Part shown: one piece after another, positions 18,119 to 27,492 of the stretch
Position numbering within the stretch: the first letter of the stretch is position 1
Layout: each line of letters begins with the position of its first letter
Source of the DNA: a virus
DNA: 64,000 nucleotides
Reading direction: 5' to 3' (one strand)
IMG/VR virus record: IMGVR_UViG_3300035138_000032
Span: 13,389 to 77,388 of that record
Made by a program: the position numbers and the translations under genes
Notes under the pieces: generated by a model
The model's database searches: none
What the model saw: only the letters and a program-made list of their open reading frames with translations
What the model was told of the DNA's origin: nothing

Positions 18119-18550
18119 ATGGGTAATGGAAAAAGGGGCCGGCCAGTTGGTTTTAAGTTAAGCGAATTGAGTCGACGTGCGATAAGTGAGTCAAAGAAAG
18201 GCCAGAGGCATAAACAGGAAACCAGGGATAAAATTTCGAATTCCTTAATAATTTATTTTAAGAAGAAAAACCCGCTGTCGGACGAATTAGCAAATATGTA
18301 TTGTGATGACGTTGATTTTCCAGATGTGTGTTTATGGATGGAGAATAACAAGGACAAATTGGATGAAGTTAATGATGTCATGACTTTAAAGGGTTTAAGA
18401 AATGCCAATCGTATTGAGTTGTCAGTGGGGGCGGATATAGAATATTTTAGTCATGATATTACTCCAGAGTTATTGGTTTTATTTTTGGAGCAATGCGGGT
18501 TGATGAATGTAGATCCAGAGGAATATTTCGATGATATGGGATATTACTAA
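18119..18550 (+). CDS. NUMOD3-type DNA-binding protein
   Basis: KLSELSRRAISESKKG..HKQETRDKIS. Confidence 0.6.
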   Translation: MGNGKRGRPVGFKLSELSRRAISESKKGQRHKQETRDKISNSLIIYFKKKNPLSDELANMYCDDVDFPDVCLWMENNKDKLDEVNDVMTLKGLRNANRIELSVGADIEYFSHDITPELLVLFLEQCGLMNVDPEEYFDDMGYY

Positions 18551-18552
18551 GT

Positions 18553-19062
18553 ATGGGTAGGAAGAAAGGTACAAAAAGATTAGTCAAAGAGATAATACCT
18601 GTTAACTCTGTATTTAACGAAGAAGAGGCCGCGATGTATAAGGAATTTGTAGAGGTTTATATGGCAGATTTTGAGGACGAGGATTTATCGGCCAGCGATT
18701 TAGATGATGTTATGGATTTAGCTAAAAATAGGGTACTTGAATATAGATTATTGAAATCTGTTAAGGATGAAGTTAATTCACAGATGGATATAGCTATGAG
18801 TTTAGAGAGAATAAGAAAAGAAAACAAGGCATTTAAGGAGAACCTGGCCACTAGACGTAAGGATAGAATAAATCCCAATGAATATAAGGGGTTTTCTATA
18901 GTTGACTTAGCTGTAGCTTTTGATGATTTAAAGAAAGAGAAACTGAAAGAGAGAGTTAGACTCAATAAAGCGGAAGAATTAAAAGATCTTGAGAAAAGAA
19001 AGGATTACGTTGGTAATAGATATGATAAAGATGGTCCTAAAGAGAATGAGAATGAGGACTAA
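18553..19062 (+). CDS. putative terminase small subunit
   Basis: Directly upstream of TerL; helical and charged; positional call only. Confidence 0.5.
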   Translation: MGRKKGTKRLVKEIIPVNSVFNEEEAAMYKEFVEVYMADFEDEDLSASDLDDVMDLAKNRVLEYRLLKSVKDEVNSQMDIAMSLERIRKENKAFKENLATRRKDRINPNEYKGFSIVDLAVAFDDLKKEKLKERVRLNKAEELKDLEKRKDYVGNRYDKDGPKENENED

Positions 19063-19081
19063 TTAATAAGGAGAGGTAGTT

Positions 19082-21901
19082 ATGTCCGACATAATCATGG
19101 AGCAGGGTATGGAACTCATAGAATTTTATAGAGAAAATCCATGCATTGCTGCCTATGACCTGTTGCGTGTGGATTTAGCACCTATACAAAGGGCGGTCTT
19201 CGAGGATATGTGGTTTAAGAACTACGTTATAGCTATTTGTGGCCGTGGCGTAGGTAAGACTTTTATGTTAGGAACTTTATCTACTTTGAGTTGTATGCTG
19301 TACCCAGGATATAGAGTAGGGTTAATTGGGCCCGTTTTCCGCCAAAGCAAGATGATCTTCAGTGAAGTTGAGAAACTTTACGCAAAATCCCCACTATTAC
19401 GTGAAGCCTGTGAGAAGAGACCTACCAGGGGCTCTGATACCTGTTATTTAAGATTCAAGTCCGTAGGAGGTTGTAGTCCCTCATTTATCGAAGCGTTACC
19501 TTTGGGCGATGGCTGTATAACTTCTTGTAATTATTTGACATTTAGTGATAGATTTGGAAAAATAGATGACGCTCATGTTGATAATATAGATCACAATCAC
19601 TATTTAGATAGAGAAGATATGGTGTGGTCTAATGGTGCTTTTAAGCTAACTGATAGATCTTTATGTAATGGTATAAAAAATACTATCAAAATTAAGACCA
19701 AAAAAGGTTTTGAAAGCGAAGGTACGCCTAATCATGAGTTTAAAGTAGTCAGAGGCGGTGAGATAGTTTGGTGTAGATTTGATGCTATGGTAGTTGGGGA
19801 TCGTGTATTAATAGATCGAACTAAACGGTGGCATAGTGGACATACTGATGTGACAAAGGAACAGGCTTATTCTTTGGGTTTATTAGTTGCTGGGTGTGAT
19901 TCATCTATAGTTAATTCGTGGTTATGTGATACGTTTGGTTTATCTAAAGTTAAAACTATAGACAAATCCATACCAAAAGTTATATTATGTTCAAGCAGGG
20001 ATGTTATGTCATCTTTTATAAGAGGATTGATGGACGGTGATGGTTCTATTTCGGATAAAGGTGATAGAATTATTTTTACAAATACTTCAAAAGAATTAGT
20101 TGGCCAATTACAATATATCTTACTACATTATGGTATTGTTGCAAAGTTGAGTAAAAAGCCCGAATGTAACTCAAATTGGAATGTGTGTTATACATTAGAT
20201 ATTACTGGTACTAATGTTGATTTATATATGAAAGAAATAGGTTTTGGTTTATCCAGAAAAACCAATAAATACATTCATAGAGATACATATAACCATTATG
20301 ATACTGTACCAATTGACATACATATGGTAATTGATTTTGTTAATGAATATCATTACAAAGGCTTCGATGGTTGTAGAAAATGCCCCGATATAGTCCCCAG
20401 CAAACTGATTAGTAGAAAAGACTTATCTTTTGCATTATGTGATGATTTATTATATAAATATGGACATATTGATGATAGTAGAATAGACATAATACGCAGA
20501 TTAAATAATACTAATATATATTATGATGAAATAATAGAAATTACTGATGGAGAAGCGTGTACATATGATATTCATGTACCAGACGGTAATGAATACTGTG
20601 CAAATGGTTTTTTCAGTCATAATAGTAAGATCCGTGGTTCACGTTTCTATCTTATAGTAGTGGACGAGTTAGCTCAAGTCCCAGACCAAGTATTGGATAT
20701 GGTTGTTAGACCTATGGGCGCCACAACACTCGAACCAATGGAAAATGTTAGGAGATTACAGCGGCAAGAAAAATTGATTAAGTTAGGACTAGCTACAGAG
20801 GATGATTTTGAAGATGGTAAAATTAATAAAATGGTAATGACTTCATCAGGGTTTTATAAGTTCAATCATATGTGGCGTAGAATGAAAGACTATTGGCGGC
20901 AAATGGAGCTTCACGGTGAAGAATCTCAATATAAAGTTTGGCAGGTACCTTATTGGGATTTACCAAATGGATTTCTTGATGAGAATAATATAAAGGAGGC
21001 GGAACGTATAATGTCTTCCGCTGAATTTAGTATGGAATACGAAGCCGCGATGGTATCTGATTCAGAGGGATTTTTCAAAGCTTCCGTGTTGGAGTCTTGT
21101 ACCGGATCTTTTGGTTTGGAGGTCCGTGGTGAGCCAGGAGCCGAATATGTTGTTGGTGTAGACCCAAGTCAGGGAGGTAGTGCGAGTTGCGGTGTAGTAA
21201 TCGTAAGGCTGGGTAATCCAAATGTGCTTGTTAATGTGTTGGAATTGAAGGGTAAGACCACACAGGAATTAACAATGACAGTACAGGCTATCTGTGAGTC
21301 CTATAATGTTGTTAGGATTTTCATGGATAAGGGCGGCGGTGGTAATGCTATAATGGACTTATTAGAAGAAGGCTATAATAGTAAGGAACCGATAATAGAT
21401 CGCTCGGATAAAGATAAGGTAACTTTGAAGGGCCGCCATATACTTGAGATGGTTAATTTTAATCCGACATGGATAACTGATGCTAATTTTACTACTCTAG
21501 CTATGTTGGAAGATAAGAAGTTATTATTTCCAGAGACCCCTGTTGATGGTGTCTCTGTACTTGATAAGATTTACAAAAACATTTTGACTTTAAAGAAGCA
21601 AATGTTGAATATAGTTGTAACACAGACTGGCTCCGGCGCTCTGCATTTTGATACACCTAAGAAGGGGCAGAATAAGGATTTATATTCAGCCATGATTCTA
21701 GCTGCTCATGGTTGTAAGCTCGTGGCCCGTGAATTGGAGGGCGATCCTGAACCACTGTTATACCAGACAGGGGGTTATGTACAAGAGCGTAAACCTAATG
21801 CCCCTTGGCATTTTCTAGGAGCTCATAGTTCACCTGGTACTACAGTGCTTGATGGTTTATTAGGACATGCTATATTAAAAAATAAGCGTATAATTAAATA
21901 A
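19082..21901 (+). CDS. terL: terminase large subunit with intein (mature protein 569 aa)
   Basis: Walker A CGRGVGKT, Walker B LIVVDE, RNase H-like VGVDP...MDKGGGG...KDLYSA. Confidence 0.92.
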   Translation: MSDIIMEQGMELIEFYRENPCIAAYDLLRVDLAPIQRAVFEDMWFKNYVIAICGRGVGKTFMLGTLSTLSCMLYPGYRVGLIGPVFRQSKMIFSEVEKLYAKSPLLREACEKRPTRGSDTCYLRFKSVGGCSPSFIEALPLGDGCITSCNYLTFSDRFGKIDDAHVDNIDHNHYLDREDMVWSNGAFKLTDRSLCNGIKNTIKIKTKKGFESEGTPNHEFKVVRGGEIVWCRFDAMVVGDRVLIDRTKRWHSGHTDVTKEQAYSLGLLVAGCDSSIVNSWLCDTFGLSKVKTIDKSIPKVILCSSRDVMSSFIRGLMDGDGSISDKGDRIIFTNTSKELVGQLQYILLHYGIVAKLSKKPECNSNWNVCYTLDITGTNVDLYMKEIGFGLSRKTNKYIHRDTYNHYDTVPIDIHMVIDFVNEYHYKGFDGCRKCPDIVPSKLISRKDLSFALCDDLLYKYGHIDDSRIDIIRRLNNTNIYYDEIIEITDGEACTYDIHVPDGNEYCANGFFSHNSKIRGSRFYLIVVDELAQVPDQVLDMVVRPMGATTLEPMENVRRLQRQEKLIKLGLATEDDFEDGKINKMVMTSSGFYKFNHMWRRMKDYWRQMELHGEESQYKVWQVPYWDLPNGFLDENNIKEAERIMSSAEFSMEYEAAMVSDSEGFFKASVLESCTGSFGLEVRGEPGAEYVVGVDPSQGGSASCGVVIVRLGNPNVLVNVLELKGKTTQELTMTVQAICESYNVVRIFMDKGGGGNAIMDLLEEGYNSKEPIIDRSDKDKVTLKGRHILEMVNFNPTWITDANFTTLAMLEDKKLLFPETPVDGVSVLDKIYKNILTLKKQMLNIVVTQTGSGALHFDTPKKGQNKDLYSAMILAAHGCKLVARELEGDPEPLLYQTGGYVQERKPNAPWHFLGAHSSPGTTVLDGLLGHAILKNKRIIK
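19514..20623 (+). mobile_element. intein (370 aa) with partly degenerate LAGLIDADG domain
   Basis: PLGDG|CITSC..., GTPNH (block B), FIRGLMDGDG, YDIHV...YCANGFFSHN|SKIRG. Confidence 0.92.
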
Positions 21902-21906
21902 TAAAC

Positions 21907-21925
21907 TAACCTTCTATTTATTAGA
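21907..21925 (+). promoter_or_regulatory. putative late promoter TAACC-N10-TAGA
   Basis: ATAAAC TAACC TTCTATTTAT TAGA, between terL and the portal operon. Confidence 0.65.
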
Positions 21926-21962
21926 GAACTACACTAAGGATATGGTCGTGGGGAGGTGTACT

Positions 21963-22319
21963 ATGTCTGATGATGAAGTTCGTATGTGTAATTGTAATAA
22001 AACATGTCTTATATGCGGAGGCTTGAAGAAGATAGAATTATCCATCTTTGATAGAACCTTTTGGGATCTGTGGATACAAAAACTTTTACGTAATTTTGCT
22101 TCTATGAAATTTCAGTGGTTACTGTTTTTGTATGCTCCTACCGTGTGGGGTATGTTCCATATTATGCCCGGAACTAATGAGCCATGGATCTCTGCTTCGA
22201 TAGGATTGGGGTTCTTAGGTGGCGGTTTTGTTACATTAGCGCTAGGACGTATCTACGCTAAGACAAAACTTAGAGAAAATGGTAATGATTCTCATGATGA
22301 ATTAGATACAGACCAATAA
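21963..22319 (+). CDS. two-TM membrane protein, holin-like
   Basis: Two hydrophobic segments and a charged C-terminus; GGGAGG RBS. Confidence 0.5.
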   Translation: MSDDEVRMCNCNKTCLICGGLKKIELSIFDRTFWDLWIQKLLRNFASMKFQWLLFLYAPTVWGMFHIMPGTNEPWISASIGLGFLGGGFVTLALGRIYAKTKLRENGNDSHDELDTDQ

Positions 22320-22330
22320 GGAGATATGTA

Positions 22331-22522
22331 ATGACTGAAGAAAATAAGGATTTTCAACCAGGTCCTTGGTGGGCTACAGTATCTGGTGCAGGCACACCAA
22401 ATGCCTCAGTACCTTCTTGGGCCGATGATTATACAAGGCATAGAATTGGCAGGGAAACCACTTTTGCTGATATGGATTCTGTAATAGGTAGAAAAGAAAG
22501 TATTCAGGATGTTAATCCGTAA
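22331..22522 (+). CDS. hypothetical protein
   Basis: AAGGAG RBS. Confidence 0.6.
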   Translation: MTEENKDFQPGPWWATVSGAGTPNASVPSWADDYTRHRIGRETTFADMDSVIGRKESIQDVNP

Positions 22523-22533
22523 AGGGAATATAA

Positions 22534-24354
22534 ATGGATATTAATAAAGTTACAAAAGAGTTACAAGAGAAATACCCCGACGTGGGCATAAAATCTATAT
22601 CCGTGGATGAGGCCTCCGGTAAGTCTACTTTTTATTTGGATCCTAAACCAAAAACCCTTGCATTTCTAGAAAGAGGTGGTATTGTTCCAAAGGCCTTTAA
22701 AGATAAGGCCGCTGTAATTAACAGGGACCTATTGGACAGAAACTTTCTTGATCTTGCTAAAAAAGATCCCTTATCACAGACCCCAAAAGAACAATTTAAA
22801 AACGCTATTAATTACTACCACACAGTTCCAGAGATAGGGAGTTCGACTAATATATTAGCAGGGCTTTCGTCTAAGGGGTTCGAGCATGATATAGACGATG
22901 AAAAAATAAAAAGTTTTTTCGATGTGTGGGCATTTGATGTTAGATTCCATGAGGTACTTGATTGGATTTTTTTAGACTTCTTTAAATACGGGCATGTGAC
23001 AACTTATAAAGTATTAGCCAAATACGAGCCTCGTGTATCTCATTTATCACCGATACCAGGCCAAAAACTCAAGAAAAGTACTGGCCAAATAGAATCAGCA
23101 GCAAAGAAAAACATATGGTCAAAAGGCCACCTGCCCGTAGGATACACTGTACTAAATCCGGAATTAGTAAATATCTCAGGAAACTTGTTGTTTGATAAGG
23201 TAAGTGTCAAACTAACGCCGCCTACTGAATTAACTGAATTACTAAAAAAACCGCCAGCTGAGTTAACTGAGGATGAGAAGGCATTAATAAAATCTCTACC
23301 TTCTGACTTAAGATCCGCCGCTGAACAAGGTAAGGAATTTCAATTAGATCCACGTCTTGTAGGTTTTGTAACTTATAGAAAAATGCCTTATGAGCGATAC
23401 GCTAAACCACGCTCATTTAAATTATTTGACAGTGTTGAATATAAAAAGGCTTTAAGGGATGCTGATCTAAGCACACTAGATGGTATAACTAATTATATAT
23501 TAAAAATTACGATAGGTAGTGACGAATATCCAGTCGTTACACAGACTGAGTTAGAGGCTGTGTCCCAGTTATTTAATACATCTGGTAAGTCTTTTAATGT
23601 GGTTTGGAATCATACTCTAAGTGTGGAAAAAATAGTTTCCCCTGAGATAGGCGAGGTTTTGGGTAAAGAAAAATATGCTCAGGTAAATGATGATATTTCT
23701 GCAGGTATAGGAGTACCTAGAGCTCTAATAGATGGTATGGGCGATAGTATGAATCCATCGCAAGCTCAACTGGCCTTAAAGGGTATACAAGAAGAAATAG
23801 ACTATGCTCGCCGTCAGGTTACTAGGTGGATATATGGTGAATATAGACAGATAGCCGAGGCTATGGGTTTTGATAGATTCCCTAAAATTAGATGGGATGA
23901 TAGTGTACTTAAAGACACAATAATGTATATGAATATTATGTCTCAGCTGGTAGATAGGAGGATGATGAGTTACCGCACCGCGCTTGAGGAGATTGGTTTT
24001 GATTATCCTAATGAATTAGCCAATATGGAAGAAGAGTTCGATCTTGTAGATTCAGGAATATTTGGTATAATAGGATCTCCTTGGCAACAATCCAAGGTAC
24101 AAGCAGAACAGAAAGGTCCTACTGGATCACCGTCTAATGGAAGGCCTACAGGTAAGCCAGCCAAAACTAAACAACCACAAAGTCCAGATAAAAAGAATAG
24201 TACGAAAGTGAAAAAGACTACTAAACCACAAACCACCCCGTCCCAAAAAACTGCTTCATTAACTGATGTGGTAAAAGATATGACAGATGAAGTCTTTACA
24301 GAATTTATCTTGGAATTAGCTAAATTAAGAAATGAAAACGATGAGGATGAGTAA
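22534..24354 (+). CDS. portal protein
   Basis: Position after TerL; 606 aa; helical core (R.AD..TL..I...ILKITIG) and Lys/Pro-rich tail containing GRP. Confidence 0.8.
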   Translation: MDINKVTKELQEKYPDVGIKSISVDEASGKSTFYLDPKPKTLAFLERGGIVPKAFKDKAAVINRDLLDRNFLDLAKKDPLSQTPKEQFKNAINYYHTVPEIGSSTNILAGLSSKGFEHDIDDEKIKSFFDVWAFDVRFHEVLDWIFLDFFKYGHVTTYKVLAKYEPRVSHLSPIPGQKLKKSTGQIESAAKKNIWSKGHLPVGYTVLNPELVNISGNLLFDKVSVKLTPPTELTELLKKPPAELTEDEKALIKSLPSDLRSAAEQGKEFQLDPRLVGFVTYRKMPYERYAKPRSFKLFDSVEYKKALRDADLSTLDGITNYILKITIGSDEYPVVTQTELEAVSQLFNTSGKSFNVVWNHTLSVEKIVSPEIGEVLGKEKYAQVNDDISAGIGVPRALIDGMGDSMNPSQAQLALKGIQEEIDYARRQVTRWIYGEYRQIAEAMGFDRFPKIRWDDSVLKDTIMYMNIMSQLVDRRMMSYRTALEEIGFDYPNELANMEEEFDLVDSGIFGIIGSPWQQSKVQAEQKGPTGSPSNGRPTGKPAKTKQPQSPDKKNSTKVKKTTKPQTTPSQKTASLTDVVKDMTDEVFTEFILELAKLRNENDEDE

Positions 24355-24371
24355 AGTTAGGGAGAATCCAA

Positions 24372-25511
24372 ATGGAAAAATTTTATATAGAGGCTGATAT
24401 CAGGTTGGAAGAAACCACGGATGAATTGTTTGAGGCTGCGGCAGCTGTAATAGAATTACCAAGGTCTGAGGACAAGCAACCAGATTTACAGTATTTTTCT
24501 GCAGTGTTTGTTTCGGCCGGAGCTAATTTAAACCATGCATATTTCTTACCGTCTGAGTTGGTGCGAGCTAAGGACACTATAGTTAGTAAAGCCTTGGATA
24601 TAGAGCATAGTGAAGATGAGATAATAGGTCATATCTATGATAGAGCCTTTGTGGACGGTAACCATAAACGTCTAGATCTAACTGAATTGTCTAATAAAGA
24701 GGAAGGCAGTATAAATACTGAGAATAGTGATATGCATGTGGTGATAGCCGGTGTAGTGTACAAAAATAGATTTCCGGGTGTAGCAAAAGAAATAGCCGAC
24801 GGCTCTTGGAAAGTTTCAATGGAATGTTATTTTTCTGATTACGACGTTAAGGTAGGTGATTTGGTACTTTCACGTAAAGAGGCTGAAGCTATGGGACTGG
24901 CTAGTACTGACAGATTTTTTGGTAAGTTGGCTAAAGTAATGCGTGACGGTAAGGAAATAGCTGATGGTGTTATAGAGCGTGTTCTAAGGAATATAACATT
25001 TTCCGGGTGCGGAATAGTTAAAAACCCAGCAAATCCGTCCTCTGTAATATTAGAGACAGCTAGTGAAAAAGAACATAATACTGAGTGTAAAGAAGTAGTT
25101 ATATTAAATTACAGTGTAATAGACCATGATAATAAACTAACCTCTAATAAGATAGATGAGAATGACTCTGTAATTACAGACCCTTCTGACACACAACCCG
25201 ATTTAAACAGTGTGGAAGAAGAAAATTCAGCGGCCCAGCCTAATGATGTTGGGATATGTGTTAATTACAAACGCCGACTTGATACTGGTGAAGAGAACAG
25301 TAACAAGGAGGATTGGTGTACAGCTTACGATAAAAAATGCACGTCATTTTCTCGTGACACAACTGATCCAGATTGTATGAGGCATGAGATAAAGGCGGCC
25401 GCGGCCGTTATTATTAGAGACATGTTAAATAGAGCCAATAAATTTGATAATAGAAAAGAGTTAACTAAAAAATTAAATAATCTTTTGGATGTAGCCAAGA
25501 AGTTGAATTAG
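24372..25511 (+). CDS. prohead maturation protease
   Basis: N.N..F, LDIEH...IIGH, VSMEC (catalytic Ser), FSGCGIVKNPA. Confidence 0.75.
   Translation: MEKFYIEADIRLEETTDELFEAAAAVIELPRSEDKQPDLQYFSAVFVSAGANLNHAYFLPSELVRAKDTIVSKALDIEHSEDEIIGHIYDRAFVDGNHKRLDLTELSNKEEGSINTENSDMHVVIAGVVYKNRFPGVAKEIADGSWKVSMECYFSDYDVKVGDLVLSRKEAEAMGLASTDRFFGKLAKVMRDGKEIADGVIERVLRNITFSGCGIVKNPANPSSVILETASEKEHNTECKEVVILNYSVIDHDNKLTSNKIDENDSVITDPSDTQPDLNSVEEENSAAQPNDVGICVNYKRRLDTGEENSNKEDWCTAYDKKCTSFSRDTTDPDCMRHEIKAAAAVIIRDMLNRANKFDNRKELTKKLNNLLDVAKKLN
25138..25156 (+). promoter_or_regulatory. putative late promoter inside protease gene, upstream of the capsid genes
   Basis: AATAAAC TAACC TCTAATAAGA TAGA. Confidence 0.55.
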
Positions 25512-25563
25512 AAGCTGCTCGACACGAGGCAGTTAAAACTAGATCGTAGAGGAGGTTTTTATT

Positions 25564-25971
25564 ATGCCAAGTATAAACATTGGACAACAGGGTTTACTTA
25601 AGAGTATTCCGAAAATTACTCGTATAAATGGTGATGACGCACTAGCCGTTATTTATCGTAATATGGGTAATAACCATGCGTATCCTTTCGTATGGGCAGA
25701 AACAGTTACATTTAGTGGGGCTGGTACCGTTACATTGGTTAGTGGGGTTAAGTTTCATGGTATGGCCGCTGCTACTTACTGTAAAGTAACGCTTGGTCCT
25801 CAAGCGTCGGGTATGAATCCGTATGTTACTAAGGATACTGGTACTAACAAAATTAGTATCACCTCTAGTGCGGCTGGTTCCTGTGATGTAATGGTTATGA
25901 TGGGAGTTAGTCCTGATGTTAGCACAATGGCTTGTCGCGGTAATACTGGCGCTGCCCAGTCGTTACCGTAA
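25564..25971 (+). CDS. putative head structural protein
   Basis: Head module position; beta-rich G/S/T composition; GAGGAGG RBS. Confidence 0.6.
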   Translation: MPSINIGQQGLLKSIPKITRINGDDALAVIYRNMGNNHAYPFVWAETVTFSGAGTVTLVSGVKFHGMAAATYCKVTLGPQASGMNPYVTKDTGTNKISITSSAAGSCDVMVMMGVSPDVSTMACRGNTGAAQSLP

Positions 25972-26072
25972 TCTTTTTTTGTTTTAGGTACTTGGAAAAG
26001 GTATAGATGAATTAAATTTATTCAGGTTGGAAAAATAAATATCTCATTAAAATTTATAGGAGGTATTACTCT

Positions 26073-26759
26073 ATGAGTGATGAACTGAAAAAAGATGTGG
26101 AGAGGCTTGTTACTGAAATTTTTTCTCAGAAAGAGGAAGAAGCACAGAGAGCTGAAACCGAGAGGGCTCTCAACAAATCCGCTGAAGCTATCTCCCAGTT
26201 AACAGAATCCTTGGAGGCTAAAAATACCGAATTGGAAGAGGTTGCTGGTACCATCGAGAGTTTGAATAGTAAAATTGACGAGTTGACTTCTGAGCTTGAG
26301 GCGGCTAAGAAGGAAACCGAAGAGAAGGCTAATAAACTCACTGAAGCGGAGACTTTAATTGATAATATGAATAAAGACAAAGCTGCTGAGATCAGAATGA
26401 ATGAATTGGTTAGTGTTGGTGTAGCTCTCTCTGATAAGAAGACTCAGTCTGCTAAGGTTAGAGAGATGAGTGATGAGGAATTTGCTTCTTATAAAGAAGA
26501 GTTGACTTCTATAAGGGCAGCGGTTGAGGCCGAATTGGCTAAGAAACCCGTTGACTCTGTGGTTGTCGAACCGACTCCGAATACACCTACAGTGGAAGAC
26601 GCTAATGCAGATGGTGATTCAGATGATTTGGCTCCTGCTAATGTAGACCCAAATCTTACTGCATCAGCAGCTATGAATTTAGAAGTGAAAACTGATGACA
26701 GCTTCCTGTCAAAGTACGCTGAATTAGGCAAGGCTATGGCAGCGAAGATGAAAAATTAG
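26073..26759 (+). CDS. capsid scaffolding protein
   Basis: Acidic coiled-coil between protease and capsid genes. Confidence 0.7.
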   Translation: MSDELKKDVERLVTEIFSQKEEEAQRAETERALNKSAEAISQLTESLEAKNTELEEVAGTIESLNSKIDELTSELEAAKKETEEKANKLTEAETLIDNMNKDKAAEIRMNELVSVGVALSDKKTQSAKVREMSDEEFASYKEELTSIRAAVEAELAKKPVDSVVVEPTPNTPTVEDANADGDSDDLAPANVDPNLTASAAMNLEVKTDDSFLSKYAELGKAMAAKMKN

Positions 26760-26780
26760 AAATAAGGAGGAACTGGGGGT

Positions 26781-27428
26781 ATGTTTAGTCCAAGACATCC
26801 TGTTGTTTTAAATCAATTTTGTAGTTACGGGGCACAGACAGCCACATCTACTGGCGGCGTTGGCGCTGTAGTAGCTTATGCTGGTTCCGTTGTTTATCTT
26901 GATTCTTCAGCTGCAAATCAGGACGCTATCGTCTATAAAATGGCGCATGGTGTTACTGCCACGCCATTTGGGATCGCTATGCAGAAGGTCAAGACTGGGT
27001 ATCACCAAGTACATCCTACTGGTTTTATGATGCCCGGTGATTTGGGGTCTAGTGATGTGCTTGCCCAGCCGGATTACGATAGTAATGGTGATATCCAGGG
27101 TACCAAAGAGGCACCTTTGGGTGTCGCTCATCTTGGTATTTGGGATACCGTGCATTATACTTGTGACATGACAGCGAGTGTTATTCAAACTGGCGATAAT
27201 ATGAAACCAGGTGACGCGTTGTATGTTGCGGCCGATGAGGCTAAGCTGACTAATAATAGTACTGATGTTTCCGTAGGTACAGCTTCCACAGATAAGGCTA
27301 ATGGGTCTTATATCGATGGTCAGACTACAGCTGTGGGTATATGTATGAAGGGAGCCAGTTTGGCTAAGTGTCAGGCTAATTTTAACAACACAACTCTATA
27401 TCCGATAAGGGTAAAGCTGTTGGTGTAA
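26781..27428 (+). CDS. capsid decoration/cement protein
   Basis: Directly upstream of MCP; PGDALYV...KLT and GICMK pattern. Confidence 0.65.
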   Translation: MFSPRHPVVLNQFCSYGAQTATSTGGVGAVVAYAGSVVYLDSSAANQDAIVYKMAHGVTATPFGIAMQKVKTGYHQVHPTGFMMPGDLGSSDVLAQPDYDSNGDIQGTKEAPLGVAHLGIWDTVHYTCDMTASVIQTGDNMKPGDALYVAADEAKLTNNSTDVSVGTASTDKANGSYIDGQTTAVGICMKGASLAKCQANFNNTTLYPIRVKLLV

Positions 27429-27492
27429 GTTTTAATGGGATTAAAGCACTCTATAGTGCTTCCTAAACTAATTAAATTTGGAGGAGTTGAAT

